Shown here: one piece after another, positions 11,610-24,822 of the stretch
Layout: each line of letters begins with the position of its first letter
How positions within the stretch are numbered: position 1 is the stretch's first letter
Source of the DNA: Eledone cirrhosa
Lineage: Eukaryota
Length of the DNA stretch: 64,000 nucleotides
Assembly (NCBI GenBank): GCA_964016885.1
Contig: OZ024745.1
Span: forward strand, 82,398,001 to 82,462,000
Reading direction: 5' to 3'
Program-made: the position numbers and the translations under genes
The notes under the pieces: model-generated
What the model was told of the DNA's origin: nothing
Database searches by the model: none
The model's input: the letters and a program-made list of their open reading frames with translations, nothing else

Positions 11610-14600
11610 TTACAGACACATACTCAGAGAAGGCCCATTCATTCGGGCCATACTTGCTTCTCTCACCCATCTTTCAACAAAATGCTTGGAAGAGAGCACT
11701 TCCCTCTCTACCCTGATTTTCCTTTTCAAATGAAATTTGAAAAAGTTAATCAGGGCATCACCGAAGAGGTAAGTGCTCGTCTTCAGCCCTTTCAAACGTG
11801 TCCACCATACTATCTCTTTCGCCATGGCCACCAGACAGATAAAAACTGCCTGCCCTTCCAGGCTAAAGGAAGGGGGCGGGGCAATCCTCACGATGGACTC
11901 AGCTGATAGCTGGATCCGTCCTACACGTGACAGCAGGTGTTCGACATAAACCCACAAGTCAGCAATGCTCGGACACTGGACGAGTGCGTGCAGGACGGTT
12001 TCGTCGCCCTGCGCGCATCTCGGACATGCCCGGCTGACGGCACCTCCATGCCTGTAGAGTTTATCCCGAACTGGCAAAGCTCCTCGGTAGCACTGCCAGG
12101 CCAGGGATTTCTGGAAGTTGTCCATAGGCCCCGGCCCGAAAGTCCTTCCGAAGAGATTGGCTAGTTGATTTTCGTCGACGCCTAGAGTTTCTCCAAGTAC
12201 GTCGTCGCTCTTCCCCTCCACTAATCCCCTATAGAACGCCAAGGTGGAGTTTCCACCGATCACATTGCCCGATTGGTCGAGGGCTGTGAGCGCCTGAAGA
12301 CATTTCAGTCTCCAAGCGCTCCCTCTCGGTCTTCGCTTGACCCAGGACTGCAGCTCCGTCAAGGAGACGAGCTGGGGAAAAACGTGTCTTGCAAACGGCG
12401 ACCACACCTGATCACCGTCGAGGAAGAGGTGGAGATGTCGTAGCCTGAGCGCGTGTCTGCGCATCATCAGCCACGGCATGCCCAGCCCTCCACGTAGCGG
12501 GTGTTGACAGCAGATGGACCGCCTGACCATCGGAGCGCGTCCCTTCCACAAGAAGCGAAAGAGCAAACGCTCCAGCGCAGTCAGGCGAGGCTTAGGACAA
12601 GGTACGACGGTCAGGCGGTAGCAGATGACAGACGCGATGTACGCGTTAGCCACCTCCGCTCGACCTTTCAGGGATAGATTCCTCTCCGCCCATTTCTGGG
12701 TGAGAGAAGCCACCCTGCTCGTCACCTCGTCCCAGTTTTTGTCCGTCTGGAGGTCCGGACCGAACCAGACCCCTAGACGACGACGCTGTTGGACGGCATG
12801 GACCTGCCTCTCCAGGTGCCGAGCTGCAGGCCCACTGACTTTTCCTGGTTGATCATTGTTCCTGTCACCGCTTCGTATTCTCTTAGTGTAGTGCCGATCG
12901 CCTCGATGTGTTTGGCGTTCGACACCACTACGGTGACATCGTCCGCATATGCTGAAACGGATCTTCCGCATCCTAGTTCGCGCGGGACTCCCCTCAACGT
13001 CTCCAGTTTGTGCAGTAATGGCTCGAGAGTCAATACGTACAAGAGGGACGAGAGGGGACATCCTTGGCGGACCGAGCGCATGATGTTGAACGGTTCCGAC
13101 AGGTGACCGTTCACTCTCACCACAGAGCAGATGTAGCTGTGCATGGCAGCGATCCAGCCTCTGAAGACGGGCCCAAAGCCAGCCGCCCTCAGGACTGCCG
13201 CTAGGTAACGATGGTTGACCCTATCGAAAGCTTTCGACTGATCTAAATTGATCCAGGACCCACCCGTGCCAGGTTCCCTAGCTACCCTCTCTACGATGTA
13301 TCGCATGAGGTGGAGGTTGTCGTGGATGGATCTGTCGGGAATGGCGCATGTCTGCGCCGCTCCCACCAGACCACCAACGACAAGCGCCAACCTCTTTGCT
13401 AGCACCTTGGCCAAAATCTTAAACTCTGTGTTTAGCAGAGTTATGGGCCGGAAATTGTCTATGTTATCCCCCTTGTTCGGATCCTTTCCCAGCAGTGCCA
13501 CCGCTCCTCGGCTCACAGAACTGGGAATTCTCCCGTTCTGTTGCCAGTTGCAGTAGACGTCCGCCAAGAGGCCTCCGAACAAGTCTGGCATCTGTACGTA
13601 AAGTTCATAGGGCAGACCATCCAAACCAGGCGACTTACCCCTTGTGCAGCCAGTCATTGCCTCCCTTACTTCAGCGGCTGTTATCGGCTTTTCGCAACAC
13701 TTCGCCTCAGTGGCCGAGAGCCGCGGCAGTCCGTCGAGGTAGACACTAAAGTCCATCCCTCTACCCGGCCCACCGCTGCCCCCGAACAGCTGAGCGAAGT
13801 GTCGCTGAAAAGCTTCACACATTTGCCCGGGATCGTGTAGCATGCGCCCGTCGTGGTCCACCAAAGACCGGATCGTGGCTTTGTTGCCACGACGCGCCTC
13901 CGCCACTCGGGCCCATTGAACGGCTTTCGTCCCCTCGTGTCTGAGAGCACGCACCCTTGCTCTGACAACGCAGCCTTCGTGCTTTGCATTGAAGAATTGG
14001 TCAAGGGCCAATTTCGCCGCAAGCACGTCGGTCGCAATGCCTTTGCTAAGCGCCTCGTCTAATTTTCTAACTAGTTCTCCCTCTGCTCTATTTTTCTCTA
14101 TTGCTAAAGCCTTACTAAACCTAATCGATTCTATTCTAATCGCTCTTTTCAGAGCAAACCACCACTTGTTGTTGACGATGGCCCCCGTCAACGCCCGCTT
14201 AACTAGTTCGCTAATCCGGTCTCTGTAGGCCTTGCGCGCTGGTAAGGACGCGTTTAGCTTCCAGTAGCCGGGTCCTCGTCTATGAAGCCTATCTAAGTCA
14301 AGCACACAGATCACGAATTTGTGGTCCGTGTAGCTGACTATCTTGAATTGTGGACAGCCTATACTAGACCTATCTATTTCCCTACAAAATACTCTATCTA
14401 GATATGATCTGGATGACCCTATGCGGTTTGTCCAAGTCCACATTGGCACATTCGGGAAATCCAATCGGTACCTGTCAGACAGTTCAAAACGCCTGAGCAG
14501 GTTGGTGAGGCTCTTGCACCCTCCACCCCTATCCGCTAATCCCACACAGTCCCAGCGTGCATCTAAGATCCCGTTCCAGTCGCCCACTAACACTAAAGAG

Positions 14601-15001
14601 CGGGACGTTCCAAGAAAGGTCTCCAGACGCCGGAAGAAATCAGGCCGCCCTGCTCCTGTCGGGGCATAGACGGCCACTAGCCTGAAAGCTTGCCCGTCTC
14701 CGCTGGTCACGTTCAGCACCACCAGCTTACCCTCTGGGTCCAGGAAGATGGCCCGTATGGCGCGATCCAAACCTCTCCGAAAAAGCACAGCAACTCCTCC
14801 ACCGGATCCAGGACGGCTGGGAGATGCGTACACATCGTAGCCGCCGAAGATCGGTGCGAAGGCCCGTGCTTCGGAGATTCTGGTCTCGCTGATGGCCACT
14901 ACATCTATGTTTAGTGACCTGAGGTCGTTGAGCAGGTGACCCTGCTTCCATGACGACCCCAAGCCACGCGCATTTATGCTGCCTATTCTGAGTGAGGTCA
15001 T
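11610..15001 (-). pseudogene. Tx1-like ORF2 (APE, RT, C-terminal CPRC..H..C zinc finger) with a single frameshift near 12776
   Basis: 742-aa ORF plus a 483-aa overlapping ORF. Relative to copy A, a net 28-bp loss at ~12776 explains the frameshift; restoring it gives 3420 nt (1139 aa). Confidence 0.93.
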
Positions 15002-15036
15002 GTTTAAAATAGAGTGGAAAAGATGGGAAAGACCAC

Positions 15037-17192
15037 TTACCGTACTTTTGGTAGAGGAGGGATGGTTTTTACATCCATTTTCACTTGATCGTCTGGTGAA
15101 GGGACCGTTGAATCGTCCCTTCGGCTGGTCGTCGGCTCTTCTAAGAGAATGTCTGAGTATACTCTTCGATTGATGGTTCCTCCTAGGTCCCTGAAATCAC
15201 CAACTGCGTTGGGGAATTTCGTTTTAATGTTTGTGTATTGTTTCTGTGCTATTTTTAGCAGTCTTATGTTAGTTGGCGTTTTGATTGGTGCTGGTATTAT
15301 GTAGTCCTGTTGTGAAATGTTTGTGTGTTCAATTATGTAAGTCATTAGTTTCTTGTTGTGTGTATTTATTGCCGTGCATTTGTTTTTCTGGGGGTGGGGT
15401 GTGGTTCTGCTATTTTCTTGTCGTTGTTGCTGGGTGTGTGTGTTTTGTTGTTGTGTTTGCGATGTTGGTGCTTGTGGTGGTGGTGTTGAAGTTATTGTTG
15501 GCGGTGGGGTTGTCGCCGGTGGTGATGGTGGTACTAGTGTGGGTGGTGATGGTGTTGGTGGTGTTGCTGCTGTGAGTCTCTTTGCAGTAGACTTTACCCT
15601 TTTTTCATTTCTTTCCTCCCTTTTCAAAGGCGACGATGCGCTGCTTCTGCGTTTGTGCCTTCTTACGACCTTTTGCCATCCCTCTCCCACCTCACACTCC
15701 ATGTCTGATTCTGTGAGTTCGGGTACCAGCTCCACTCTTTCACTTGTTGTTGTTGGTGATGTTTGCACTGGAATCTCCGTTGCAGCTGCATTTGGTATTG
15801 CTGTTGTTGTTGTTAATACTTCCACTGCTGCTGCTGTTTTTGATTTCCGTGGCGTGGGTATGGGTGCCACGGACCTATCGTTCCTGGTTGCCGCTTGTCC
15901 TGTTGCTGGTAGCCGTGGAGCCGGTTTCGGAAGGAGGGGGGTTTTCTCCTTTCTCAGGGTCTTCTCGTTGCAGAAGGCCCTGAGGTGAGTCTTCGATCCA
16001 CAGCGAAAGCATTTCGGGCGTTTGCCCTCAACACTTATGGGCAGTTGAGTGCCGTTATCGAAGTCTATCACATCCGGGATAGCTTCGATGCATTCTTGGT
16101 TGGTTTGGATTAACCCAATCTTCTCTTACTCTTTTCTGTACTTGCAATACAGTTGTTTTGTCCTCGATTCCGACGAGGACAGACGCAGCCAGTCAAGAAG
16201 GGGCCATCCTGGGAGGGGGGGGGGGGGGAACGAGGACGTGGGTCAGTTTGACCCTCACCAATTTTTTGCCCGCAGTAGAAGGGCACCAACACCATTTCCT
16301 CGCTCCTTAGGGTCACTAAGGATTGAGCCTTTGCCTCCTGGGGTGTGGCAAAAAGTACGTCTACGGTGGCATATTTCTTGCCTCGGGTGGTGTGCGTTTT
16401 CCGCTGCCACACAGACCCCAAGGCTTTTTGTATTTGAGCCTCTGTGGCTCTTTCAACCCTACGGGATTTTGTACTTACTGTACGGTACGTGACCGTACAG
16501 TGCTGTTGGGTTTCGAAAAATATTTCCGCTGCCTTGCAGATTGCTCGGTGTCCAGTTTTTGTCACCATCTTCTTCGCTTCCTCTAATTCCTCATTTGTTA
16601 TGAGGATGGTTTCCAGGTTCTTTGCGATACCTGCAAACGAGATTGGTTTTTCTTTGCTGTTGTTGTTGTTGTTGTTGTCGTCAGAGCTGGTGTTACTTTT
16701 GTTGTTGCTGCAGGTACTACGACTACTGCCGCCGCCGCTGTTGCTGTGGTTGTTGTTGTTGTTGCTGCTGCTGCTGCTGCTGTTGTTGTTGCTGCTCATG
16801 CTGTTGTTGTTTATGCTGCTGCTGATGCTGTTGCGGCTGCTACTGTTGTTTTCCTTGTCACTGTTGCTGCTGTTATTACGGCTGCTACTGCTATTATTCC
16901 TGACGTCAGACGAATGAAATGGGTTTTCGTATTTCCCGCACACCTTTTTCGTCGTTGTCGTCGTCGTCGTGGAGAAATCTTGCTCGCTTTGCACGTGATT
17001 TTTCTTTTCTGGCGTCACTTGCGAAGGAGAAGGGAGGGAGAGGGACACATTTAGAGAAGGGAGGGAGAGAGACAATCTTCTCTCTGCTGTAGTGACGATT
17101 GAGGAAGAAGAAGACGGAATGAGTGGGAGTGACCTATGAAAATTCTTTTTCGTAGCCATGTTGTTTTTTTGTTTAAAATAAATATTGGGCAC
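15037..17192 (-). pseudogene. Tx1-like ORF1 type B with zinc knuckle; disrupted near the poly-G at ~16211-16228 (possibly a homopolymer error)
   Basis: CFRCGSKTHLRAFC (CX2CX4HX4C); S/N-rich N-terminus and P/T-rich C-terminus. Confidence 0.85.
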
Positions 17193-17374
17193 AAAACCCC
17201 AATAAGCGGTTATTTAACCCCGAAGGGCCAAATAACGGGCAGAAAGACCCCTCTCACGAGGAGGAGGGTGTTTTTGTCTACAAGTTGGTTAAAGTGTTAA
17301 ACAATTTAAAATTGTTATAGCGGTCAAAATTTACAATACCTTACAGAGCCGAGCCTCCGTCAACCATAGCATTC

Positions 17375-17414
<40 letters not shown>

Positions 17415-17418
<4 letters not shown>

Positions 17419-18916
17419 AGCTCTTCGGGAAAAGTGAGAAGGAGTTGGATGTGCTTGTTGACACTGTCCGTATTTTCAGCAGTGATATATGTATGCAGTT
17501 TGGTATTGGTAAATGTGGAGTCATTGTGATGAGGAGGGGTAGGTTGAGCAGAAGTAACGGGATCCAGATACCAACAGGTGAGATGATAAAGGAAATTGAC
17601 TCTGAGGAAGGATACAAGTATTTGGGCGTTCTGGAGGCTGATGGCATAAAGAACAAAAAAATGAAGGAATTGTTAAGAACTGAATACATTCGGAGAGTAA
17701 GGAGCGTATTGAAGTCACATCTGAACAGCAGAAATGCCATAAGCGCAGTAAATTCCCGAGCTGTGTCTATTATTAGGTACAGTGCGGGAATTCTGAGATG
17801 GAATGTTGCTGAACAAAAAGAAATGGATAGGAAGACTAGGAAACTATTGACTATCTACAACATGTTCCACAAGAGGAGTGATGTCGATAGACTCTACCTA
17901 AGGAGATCTGAGGGTGGAAGAGGTCTTATCAGCATAGAGGACTGTGTTCAGATGGAGAAAAACAACCTATACAAATACGTGACCTATAGTAAGGAGCCAA
18001 TGCTCAGAGCTGTACTGAAGGAGGGGACAGTAGGCCAGGGGATACCCAAGGAGGAAATAACATCAAGGAGGAAGAGCAGCCTTAAGGGAAAATCCCTTCA
18101 TAGTACCTTCTTTGAGAAAACTGAATTTAGAGATCCACAGACATGGAACTGGTTGAGAAGAGGAGACCTCAAAAAGGCTACAGAAGGAATGCTAATGGCT
18201 GCGCAGGAGCAGGCCCTCAAAACGAAGTGGTTGAAGCACCATATCTACAAGGAGGAGGCTAGCCCACTGTGCAGGATCTGTGGAGAGAGAGAGGAGACTG
18301 TGGCTCACATTGTGTCCGAGTGTAAACACCTAGCCCAGACCCACTATAAGGGCTGGAGACACGATGTGATGGGCAGGGTGATCCACTGGCACCTGTGCAA
18401 AGTAAACAATCTACCACATTCTGAGAAATGGTATGAGCATAGGCCAGAGGCGGTGATGGAGAACAGTCAGGTGAAGGTGCTGTGGGATTTTAGGATACAG
18501 ACGGACAAAAAACTGGAACACAATAGACCTGACCTGGTGGTTGTGGACAAAGAAAAAAGATCGTGCCTGATTGTGGATGTGGCCTGCCCGTTCGACACGA
18601 GAGTGCAAGAGAAGGAGAGGGAGAAAATTAACCGATACCAGGACCTAAAGTGGGAGGTGAAAAGGATTTGGAACTGCCATGAAGTCAAAGTGATCCCGAT
18701 TGTCATAGGCGCACTGGGGACTATCTCCAAAGGTTTCCAGGGATGGTTAAAGAAAATCGGCCCCTTCACGCTTTTTGGAACGCTTCAAAAGGCATGCTTG
18801 CTTGGAACGGCAAGAACCCTCCGATACGTCCTGAATATCTGAGGCTGCAGGTAGTGGCTTGATATTCAATCCAACGGACTTTCCAGTTAACCAACATCAA
18901 TGACTGAGATTCAAGG
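17415..18916 (+). mobile_element. 5'-truncated R4/Dong-like RLE non-LTR retrotransposon (family 1) within (TAA)n
   Basis: Begins at LKLFG just after the RT catalytic DD; 3'UTR ends in (TAA)n. Confidence 0.93.
17445..18842 (+). CDS. Uninterrupted C-terminal half of a Dong/R4 ORF: RT thumb, CCHC finger, restriction-like endonuclease
   Basis: YKYLG, GGRGL, CRICGEREETVAHIVSEC, RHD, RPDLVVVD..IVDVACP, EKINRY, IVIGALG. Confidence 0.9.
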   Translation: MDVLVDTVRIFSSDICMQFGIGKCGVIVMRRGRLSRSNGIQIPTGEMIKEIDSEEGYKYLGVLEADGIKNKKMKELLRTEYIRRVRSVLKSHLNSRNAISAVNSRAVSIIRYSAGILRWNVAEQKEMDRKTRKLLTIYNMFHKRSDVDRLYLRRSEGGRGLISIEDCVQMEKNNLYKYVTYSKEPMLRAVLKEGTVGQGIPKEEITSRRKSSLKGKSLHSTFFEKTEFRDPQTWNWLRRGDLKKATEGMLMAAQEQALKTKWLKHHIYKEEASPLCRICGEREETVAHIVSECKHLAQTHYKGWRHDVMGRVIHWHLCKVNNLPHSEKWYEHRPEAVMENSQVKVLWDFRIQTDKKLEHNRPDLVVVDKEKRSCLIVDVACPFDTRVQEKEREKINRYQDLKWEVKRIWNCHEVKVIPIVIGALGTISKGFQGWLKKIGPFTLFGTLQKACLLGTARTLRYVLNI

Positions 18917-18946
18917 AATAACAATAACAATAATAATAATAATAAT

Positions 18947-20293
18947 GTTTTCTTTATTAACCACAAGGGTTTACATAACGTAGACATTAAGGGCAGTACA
19001 GGACAATACCGGACGGTACAGATGGGCATCTCTGCGTGTAAAAAAAACAGAGGATGTAATAAAATAAAGAAAAATTCCCCAATAGGGGGGAGACTTCCGA
19101 GGGACATTTGTGGAGAAAGCCCATTAAAAGACCACAGTGACCCTTACCACCAGGGCAAGTGCCCTCTCCCAGTTTTCCACCTTTAATTTACAGACACATA
19201 CTCAGAGTAGGCCCATTCACTCGGGCCATACTTGCCTCTCTCACCCATCTTTCAACAAAATGCTGGGATCACCGTCGAGGAAGAGGTGGAGATGTCGTAG
19301 CCTGAGCGCGTGTCTGCGCATCATCAGCCACGGCATGCCCAGCCCTCCACAGCAGTGTCATGTACGTTTTCTGTGTGATGCGAGTGATTTGTATGTGTGG
19401 AGGTGGTGTGAACTTTTGGGTTGTTGTGTAGTCTTTTTCTGTGATGCTGGTGTTGTGTTGGATGTAGTGTAATAATTGGTTGTTGTTCAAATTTAATGCT
19501 GTTTAGTGTGTATCGTTTTGGTTGTTTTGTTTTGTTTGCGTTTGTTGTGGGTTTGTTTCTGTTTCGATTTTTGGTGACTTTTGTGGTGTTGGTGATGGTG
19601 GTGTTGTGTTAATGATGGTGATGCTATTGGTTGTTGTGGTGATGGGATTGGTGATGCTGGTGTGGATGGTGGCATAGCTGTCCTAACTTTTTGTTTGATA
19701 GTTTATTTGTTTCCCTCTGTATTTTGGAGGGGGGGGGGGAGGATTTTTTCTTTTTTGGTTTCTTTTTCTTTTTTATTTCTTATTTCCTGATACCGTTTCC
19801 CACTCCTCGTCCTCACAATCTGTTTCCAGTTGCGATAGGTCGGGGAGTGGAAAATCCTCCACAGGCGTAGGTTTTGGTTGTGGCGTGGTGGATGGTGTAG
19901 GCGCTGGTGCTAGTTCTAGCGCGTTGGGTGGTGGTGATGTTGGAAATGAATGTCTGCCTGAGACAAATTTAAAATATTGCTACTGCTTAAATTTTTAGTG
20001 TTGGCAAACGTAGTAATATTTACAATGGTGGTGTCGGTGTGAGGTGTTAGTTTGTGAGGAAGGCTCTCAGCTACTGGGTTCAGCTGTAAGTTTTTTGGGT
20101 TTTTTTATAATTATAAAAGTTTAAATTTTGGGCTCAAGGCCCCAATCGTTTTGAGTGCCCTTTTCAGAAAACAATGTATGTGCACTTATATACAGTTAAC
20201 AATAAACATTTTCCAATAATGGCAATTTTAAACAACTGAAAATAGCAAACCTTTGCGGAGCTCACGATAATACGATTTACTACGTAGGTCGCC
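18947..20293 (-). mobile_element. Internally deleted non-autonomous Tx1-like copy C (1.35 kb): type-A 5' end joined to the common 3' end
   Basis: 18947-19266 matches 11367-11687; 19267-19350 matches 12409-12493; 19354-19723 matches 3010-3382; 19943-20293 matches 4250-4606. (AAT)n on both sides. Confidence 0.92.
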
Positions 20294-20317
20294 AATAATA
20301 ATAATAATAATAAAAAT

Positions 20318-20486
20318 AATTGTTTCTACTTTAGGCACAAGGCCAGCAATTATCCAGTGCATTACTGGTACTTTATTTTATCGACCCCGTAAGGATGAAA
20401 GGCAAAGTCAACCTCGGCGGGATTTGAACTCAGATCGTAAAGGGACGTAACTATGCTGGAAAGCATGGCGTCCGACCATCTACCGA
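20318..20486 (-). mobile_element. tRNA-derived SINE
   Basis: Matches the main family. Confidence 0.88.
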
Positions 20487-20536
20487 ATAATAATAATAAA
20501 AATAATAATAATAATAAGAAGAAGAATAAGAAGAAA

Positions 20537-21100
20537 ACGCACATGGTGGATATATATTGTTATGTAATCGCTCCCGTAAGTTTTTGATTTTTACTTATTT
20601 AAAACAACTGTGATAGAATAATTCTTATTACAAATAAAATATAAGATTACAGTTTTGACCCTCAGCAAGCGGCAACGCATCTCATTACCGCATAGGGCCC
20701 CAATATTTAATATTTAATTTTGGATCAGAAATGTTATAGTCGAAAAAGAGAAAAATGGCTAAGTGGACAGACAGGCGGCAAATAATTTCACCACCAACAC
20801 CACCACCGCCACCATCACCACTACCACGCCAAAAACTCTAGTCAAGTTACCTCAACTCCTATTTCTACTTCAACTTCAACACCATCACTACAGTACTATA
20901 ATCACATCACCACCACCACTGCCTCATTATCGCTACCGCCGCTATTCTCTCCCACTACCTCCTGCTAAGTACTACTAGCACATCACCACCACTGCCTCAT
21001 TATCGCTACCGCCGCTATTCTCTCCCACTACCTCTTGCTAAGACACTAAATGAGGAAGGCATCAAAAGATATAAATAGACTGATTTGATGAGCCGGTCAA
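20537..21100 (+). mobile_element. Unit X: probable 5'UTR and ORF1 start of another Tx1-like family
   Basis: Diverged homolog at 24823-25585; shares GCCC(C)AATATTTA before the ATG and the CTC..GTAAG motif with the copy B 5'UTR; T/P-rich coding-like tract. Confidence 0.45.
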
Positions 21101-21297
21101 AAAAATCAAAAAAAAAATCAAAATCAAAACAGCACAGCAGCAACGAAAAACGTAAAGAAAAGAAAAAAGAAAAGAAAAACAAACAGACAGACAAGCAAAA
21201 AAACTAAGTCAGACATTCAAAAATTACATTACAATGAAACTTATGCTTATTTTTTTTTTTTTTTACCTATTTGTTTGTTTGTTTATTTATGTTCGTC

Positions 21298-24200
21298 TAC
21301 AGCGTGATAGTGCCACCCTAAAATCACCGAGGGTGAGCAAATCACCGGTGATTATGTAACCAAATATATTCACCAATCCTCGATAAGAGTATTTCAATGT
21401 CGAACCTAAACAGTTCGAATAACGGTGAAGTGGAGACTGGAATGTCATGTGCAGACTCTCACCCTGCAGGTGATCCCTGGCTCAGCAACAGGGACCTGGC
21501 TGTCAACCAAATACTGCAGGTGTCGGAGGAAAAAGAAGGAAATGGACCAGAACCAACTGGACGAAAGAATTGAATAGAACTGTTATGCAATGTTACCTGA
21601 AGTGTAACCGCAAGGAAAAAGGCTATAGGAAACGGATGCATAACATCTGGAACGAGATTGGTCTATTTAAATTAGATGAACAAAAATTGGCCGGGCAGGA
21701 TCGGGTAATAAGAACTAATGGGTGGATAAGCGAGCTGGAACTGGAGGAACTGAGCAGAGAGATTAGGTTGGAAATGGAGAGTGGAGTATGCCAGGCAAAC
21801 GAGCCAGTGGGAAATGAAGGTGAAGAGGTTGAGAGAACGACGGAATCATCCGAAGCAGACAATGATCTGAATGCTGAAATAAATAATACCTGGAACAAAG
21901 ATACGGCCATTGAGGAGATGAATGCTGACGGGCTAGGACAAGATTTGGTTGATATCCTAAACTTAGTGGTAGATGAAATGAACAATGATGGTGGGAAACC
22001 TATGAAGCTAAAGATTTGTAGGCAGGAAAAAGTTAAAAGAAACAACAGCTAAGGTAAACAAAGTCATCCCATACCGTGGGGCGAGGAGCCTTCACCAGTG
22101 CAACAATATCCTCAAAGCAACAGCAAATGCGGTGAGGAAATTACTTGGCATAAAAGCGAGAGGAAACAACAAACAAGAAAGATCAGAACCTTGGTGGAAG
22201 AAAGGACTGAATGGTCATCAGGGAAATGAGAAATCACATTGGAAAGCTTGAGTCCCTACTGAATGGGACACTAAAAAACATAGACACTAAAAATAGATTG
22301 GAAATAAAGTACAAAACTAGGAGGAAAAAGCTAAATATTATCATAGAGGAACTGAAGCAACGCATTGTAGCAAAGAGTGCAAAAATTAGGCGATACGAGA
22401 GCAGAGTCAGTCAGTATAGACAGAACCGCATGCTTGACCTCAACCAGAAGATGTTGTTTGGACAGCTTGAAGGGAAAGAAAGAGGCAACGACTTGATCCC
22501 TGAGGTGGAACAAACTAAGACATTCTGGAGAGAAATATGGGAGCAGGATGTTAAACATAATGACCAGGCAGTGTGGATTGAGACAGAACAAAAGGAGATA
22601 AGTGAACAGGCATACCAACAAACTGATTTGAGTATCACAGTTGAAACTCTTAAGGGGCAGGCCAAAAGTAACCAACTGGAAATCACCAGGCCCAGATGGT
22701 GTGCAGGGGTATTGGATTAAAAATGTAACATCCCTCCACCCGAAAATGACAACCATGTTCAATGACTGCTTGATGTCAGGTGAGGTACCAGAGTGGTTGA
22801 CAAAAGGTACCACAGTGGTGAGGTACCAGAGTGGTTGACAAAAGAGTAATGATGTTACCAACTATAGACCTATCACATGTCTGTCCGTAATGTGGAAACT
22901 GTTGACAAGCATTGTGTCTGAGGACATCTACCATCACCTCCACACAAACAACTTGTTACCGGACGAACAGAAAGGATGCCGAAAGAAGTCCCGTGGTACA
23001 AAGGACCAGTTACTTATTGATAAGATGGTAATGAGGAATCGCAAGAGGAGACACACTGGTCTTTCCATGGGATGGATAGACTACAAAAAGGCACTTGACA
23101 TGATGCCTCATTCTTGGATAACCAAAAGCCTGGAGATCTTCAAGGTGGCAGATAACATCAGACAGTTGTTGAGCAAAAGTATGAAGTCCTGGAAAACAGA
23201 GTTAACATCAGCTGGAGAATCCTTGGGAGGCGTGAAGATCAAGAGACCTATCTTCCAGGGAGATAGTCTGTCCCCTCTTGTTTGCCCTTGCCCTGATGCC
23301 CCTGACCATTATACTGCGAAAAGTGAGAGCAGGATACAAGTTGGGAAAGGGAGAGCTTACCATCTATCACCTCCTCTTCATGGCCGATCTTAAGCTCTTC
23401 GGGAAGAGTGAGAAGGAGTTGGATGTGCTTGTTGACACTGTCCGTATTTTCAGCAATGATATATGTATGCAATTTGGTATTAATAAGTGTGGAGTCCTTT
23501 TAATGAAGAGGTGAGATGATAAAGGAAATTGACACTGAAGAAGGATACAAGTAATTGGGTATTCTGGAGGCTGATGACATCAAGAACAAAAAAATAAAGG
23601 AATTGATGAGATCTGAATACCTTCGGAGAGTAAGGAGCGTATTAAAGTCACATCTGAACAGTAGGAATGCCAAAAATGCAGTAAATTCCCGAGCTGTGTC
23701 TAGGAAGCTATTGACTATCTACAACATGCTCCACAAGATGAGTGATGTCGATAGACTCTACTTAAGGAGATCTGAAGGTGGAAGAGGTCTTATCAGCATA
23801 GAAGACTGTGTTCAGATGGAGAAAAACAACCTACACAAATACGTGACCGATAGTAAGGAGCCAATGCTCAGAATTGTACTGAAGGAGACGACAATAGACC
23901 AGGCTAGTCCAAGGAGGAAATAACAACAAGGAGAAAGAGCAGCCTTCATGAAATATCCCTTCATAGTACCTTCTTTAAGAAAACGGAATTCAGAGATCCA
24001 CAGACATGGAACTGGTTGAGAAGAGGAGACCTTAAAAAGGCTACAGAAGGAATGCTAATGGCTGTGCAAGAGCAGGCCCTCAAAACGAAGTGGCTGAAAC
24101 ACCATATTTACAAGGAGGAGGCTAGCCCACTGTGCAGGATCTGTGGAGAGAGAGAGGAGACTATGGCTCACATTGTATCCTATTGTAAACACCTAGCCCA

Positions 24201-24780
24201 GACTCACTATAAAGGCTGGAGACATGATATGATGGGCAGGGTGATCCACTGGCACATATGAAAAGTAAACAATTTACCACATTCTGAGAAGTGGTATGAG
24301 CATAAGCCAGAGTCGGTGATAGAAAACGATCAGGTGAAGGTGTTATGGGATTTTAAAATAAAGACGGACAAGAAAATGGAACACAATAGACCTGACCTGG
24401 TGGTTTTGGACAAGGAAAAAAGATCGTGCCTGATTGTGGATGTGGCCTGCCCATTCGACACGAGAGTGCAAGAGAAGGAGAGGGAGAAAATCAACCGATA
24501 CCAGGACTTAAAGTGGGAGGTAAAAAGGATTTGGAACTGCCATGAAGTCAAAGTGGTCCCGATTGTCATAGGCGCACTAGATACTATCTCAAAAAGTTTC
24601 CAGGGATGGTTAAAGAAAATTGGCCCCGCCCCGCTTTTTGGAACACTTCAAAAGGCATGCTTGCTAGGAACAGCAAGAACCCTCCGATACGTCCTGAATA
24701 TCTGAGGCTGTAAGTAGTGGCTTGATATTCATTTCAACAAACTTTCCAGTTAACTAACATCAATGACTGAGACTCAAAGA
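21298..24780 (+). mobile_element. Near full-length degenerate R4/Dong-like element (family 1)
   Basis: Fragments [57 protein letters not shown] and RLE. The 3' half is closely similar to 17415-18916, with a (TAA)n tail. The 5' boundary is approximate. Confidence 0.92.
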
Positions 24781-24822
24781 ACAATAATAATAATAATAAT
24801 AAGAAGAAGAAGAAGGGAAGAA

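Larger units (their letters stand above)
11367..17374 (-). mobile_element. Full-length (~6.0 kb) Tx1-like LINE, copy B (type-B 5'UTR/ORF1), flanked by (TAA)n on both sides
   Basis: 5'UTR, ORF1 with CCHC knuckle, ORF2 APE-RT-CCHC, and a 3'UTR ending AATAAAGAAAAC(ATT)n. (AAT)n runs at 11319-11366 and 17375-17414. Confidence 0.96.

Noticed and set aside
19255-19360. Idea that copy C is a spliced Tx1 transcript
   Set aside because: The first junction is near a CAG|GT..AG pair but has extra bases, and the second does not follow GT-AG.
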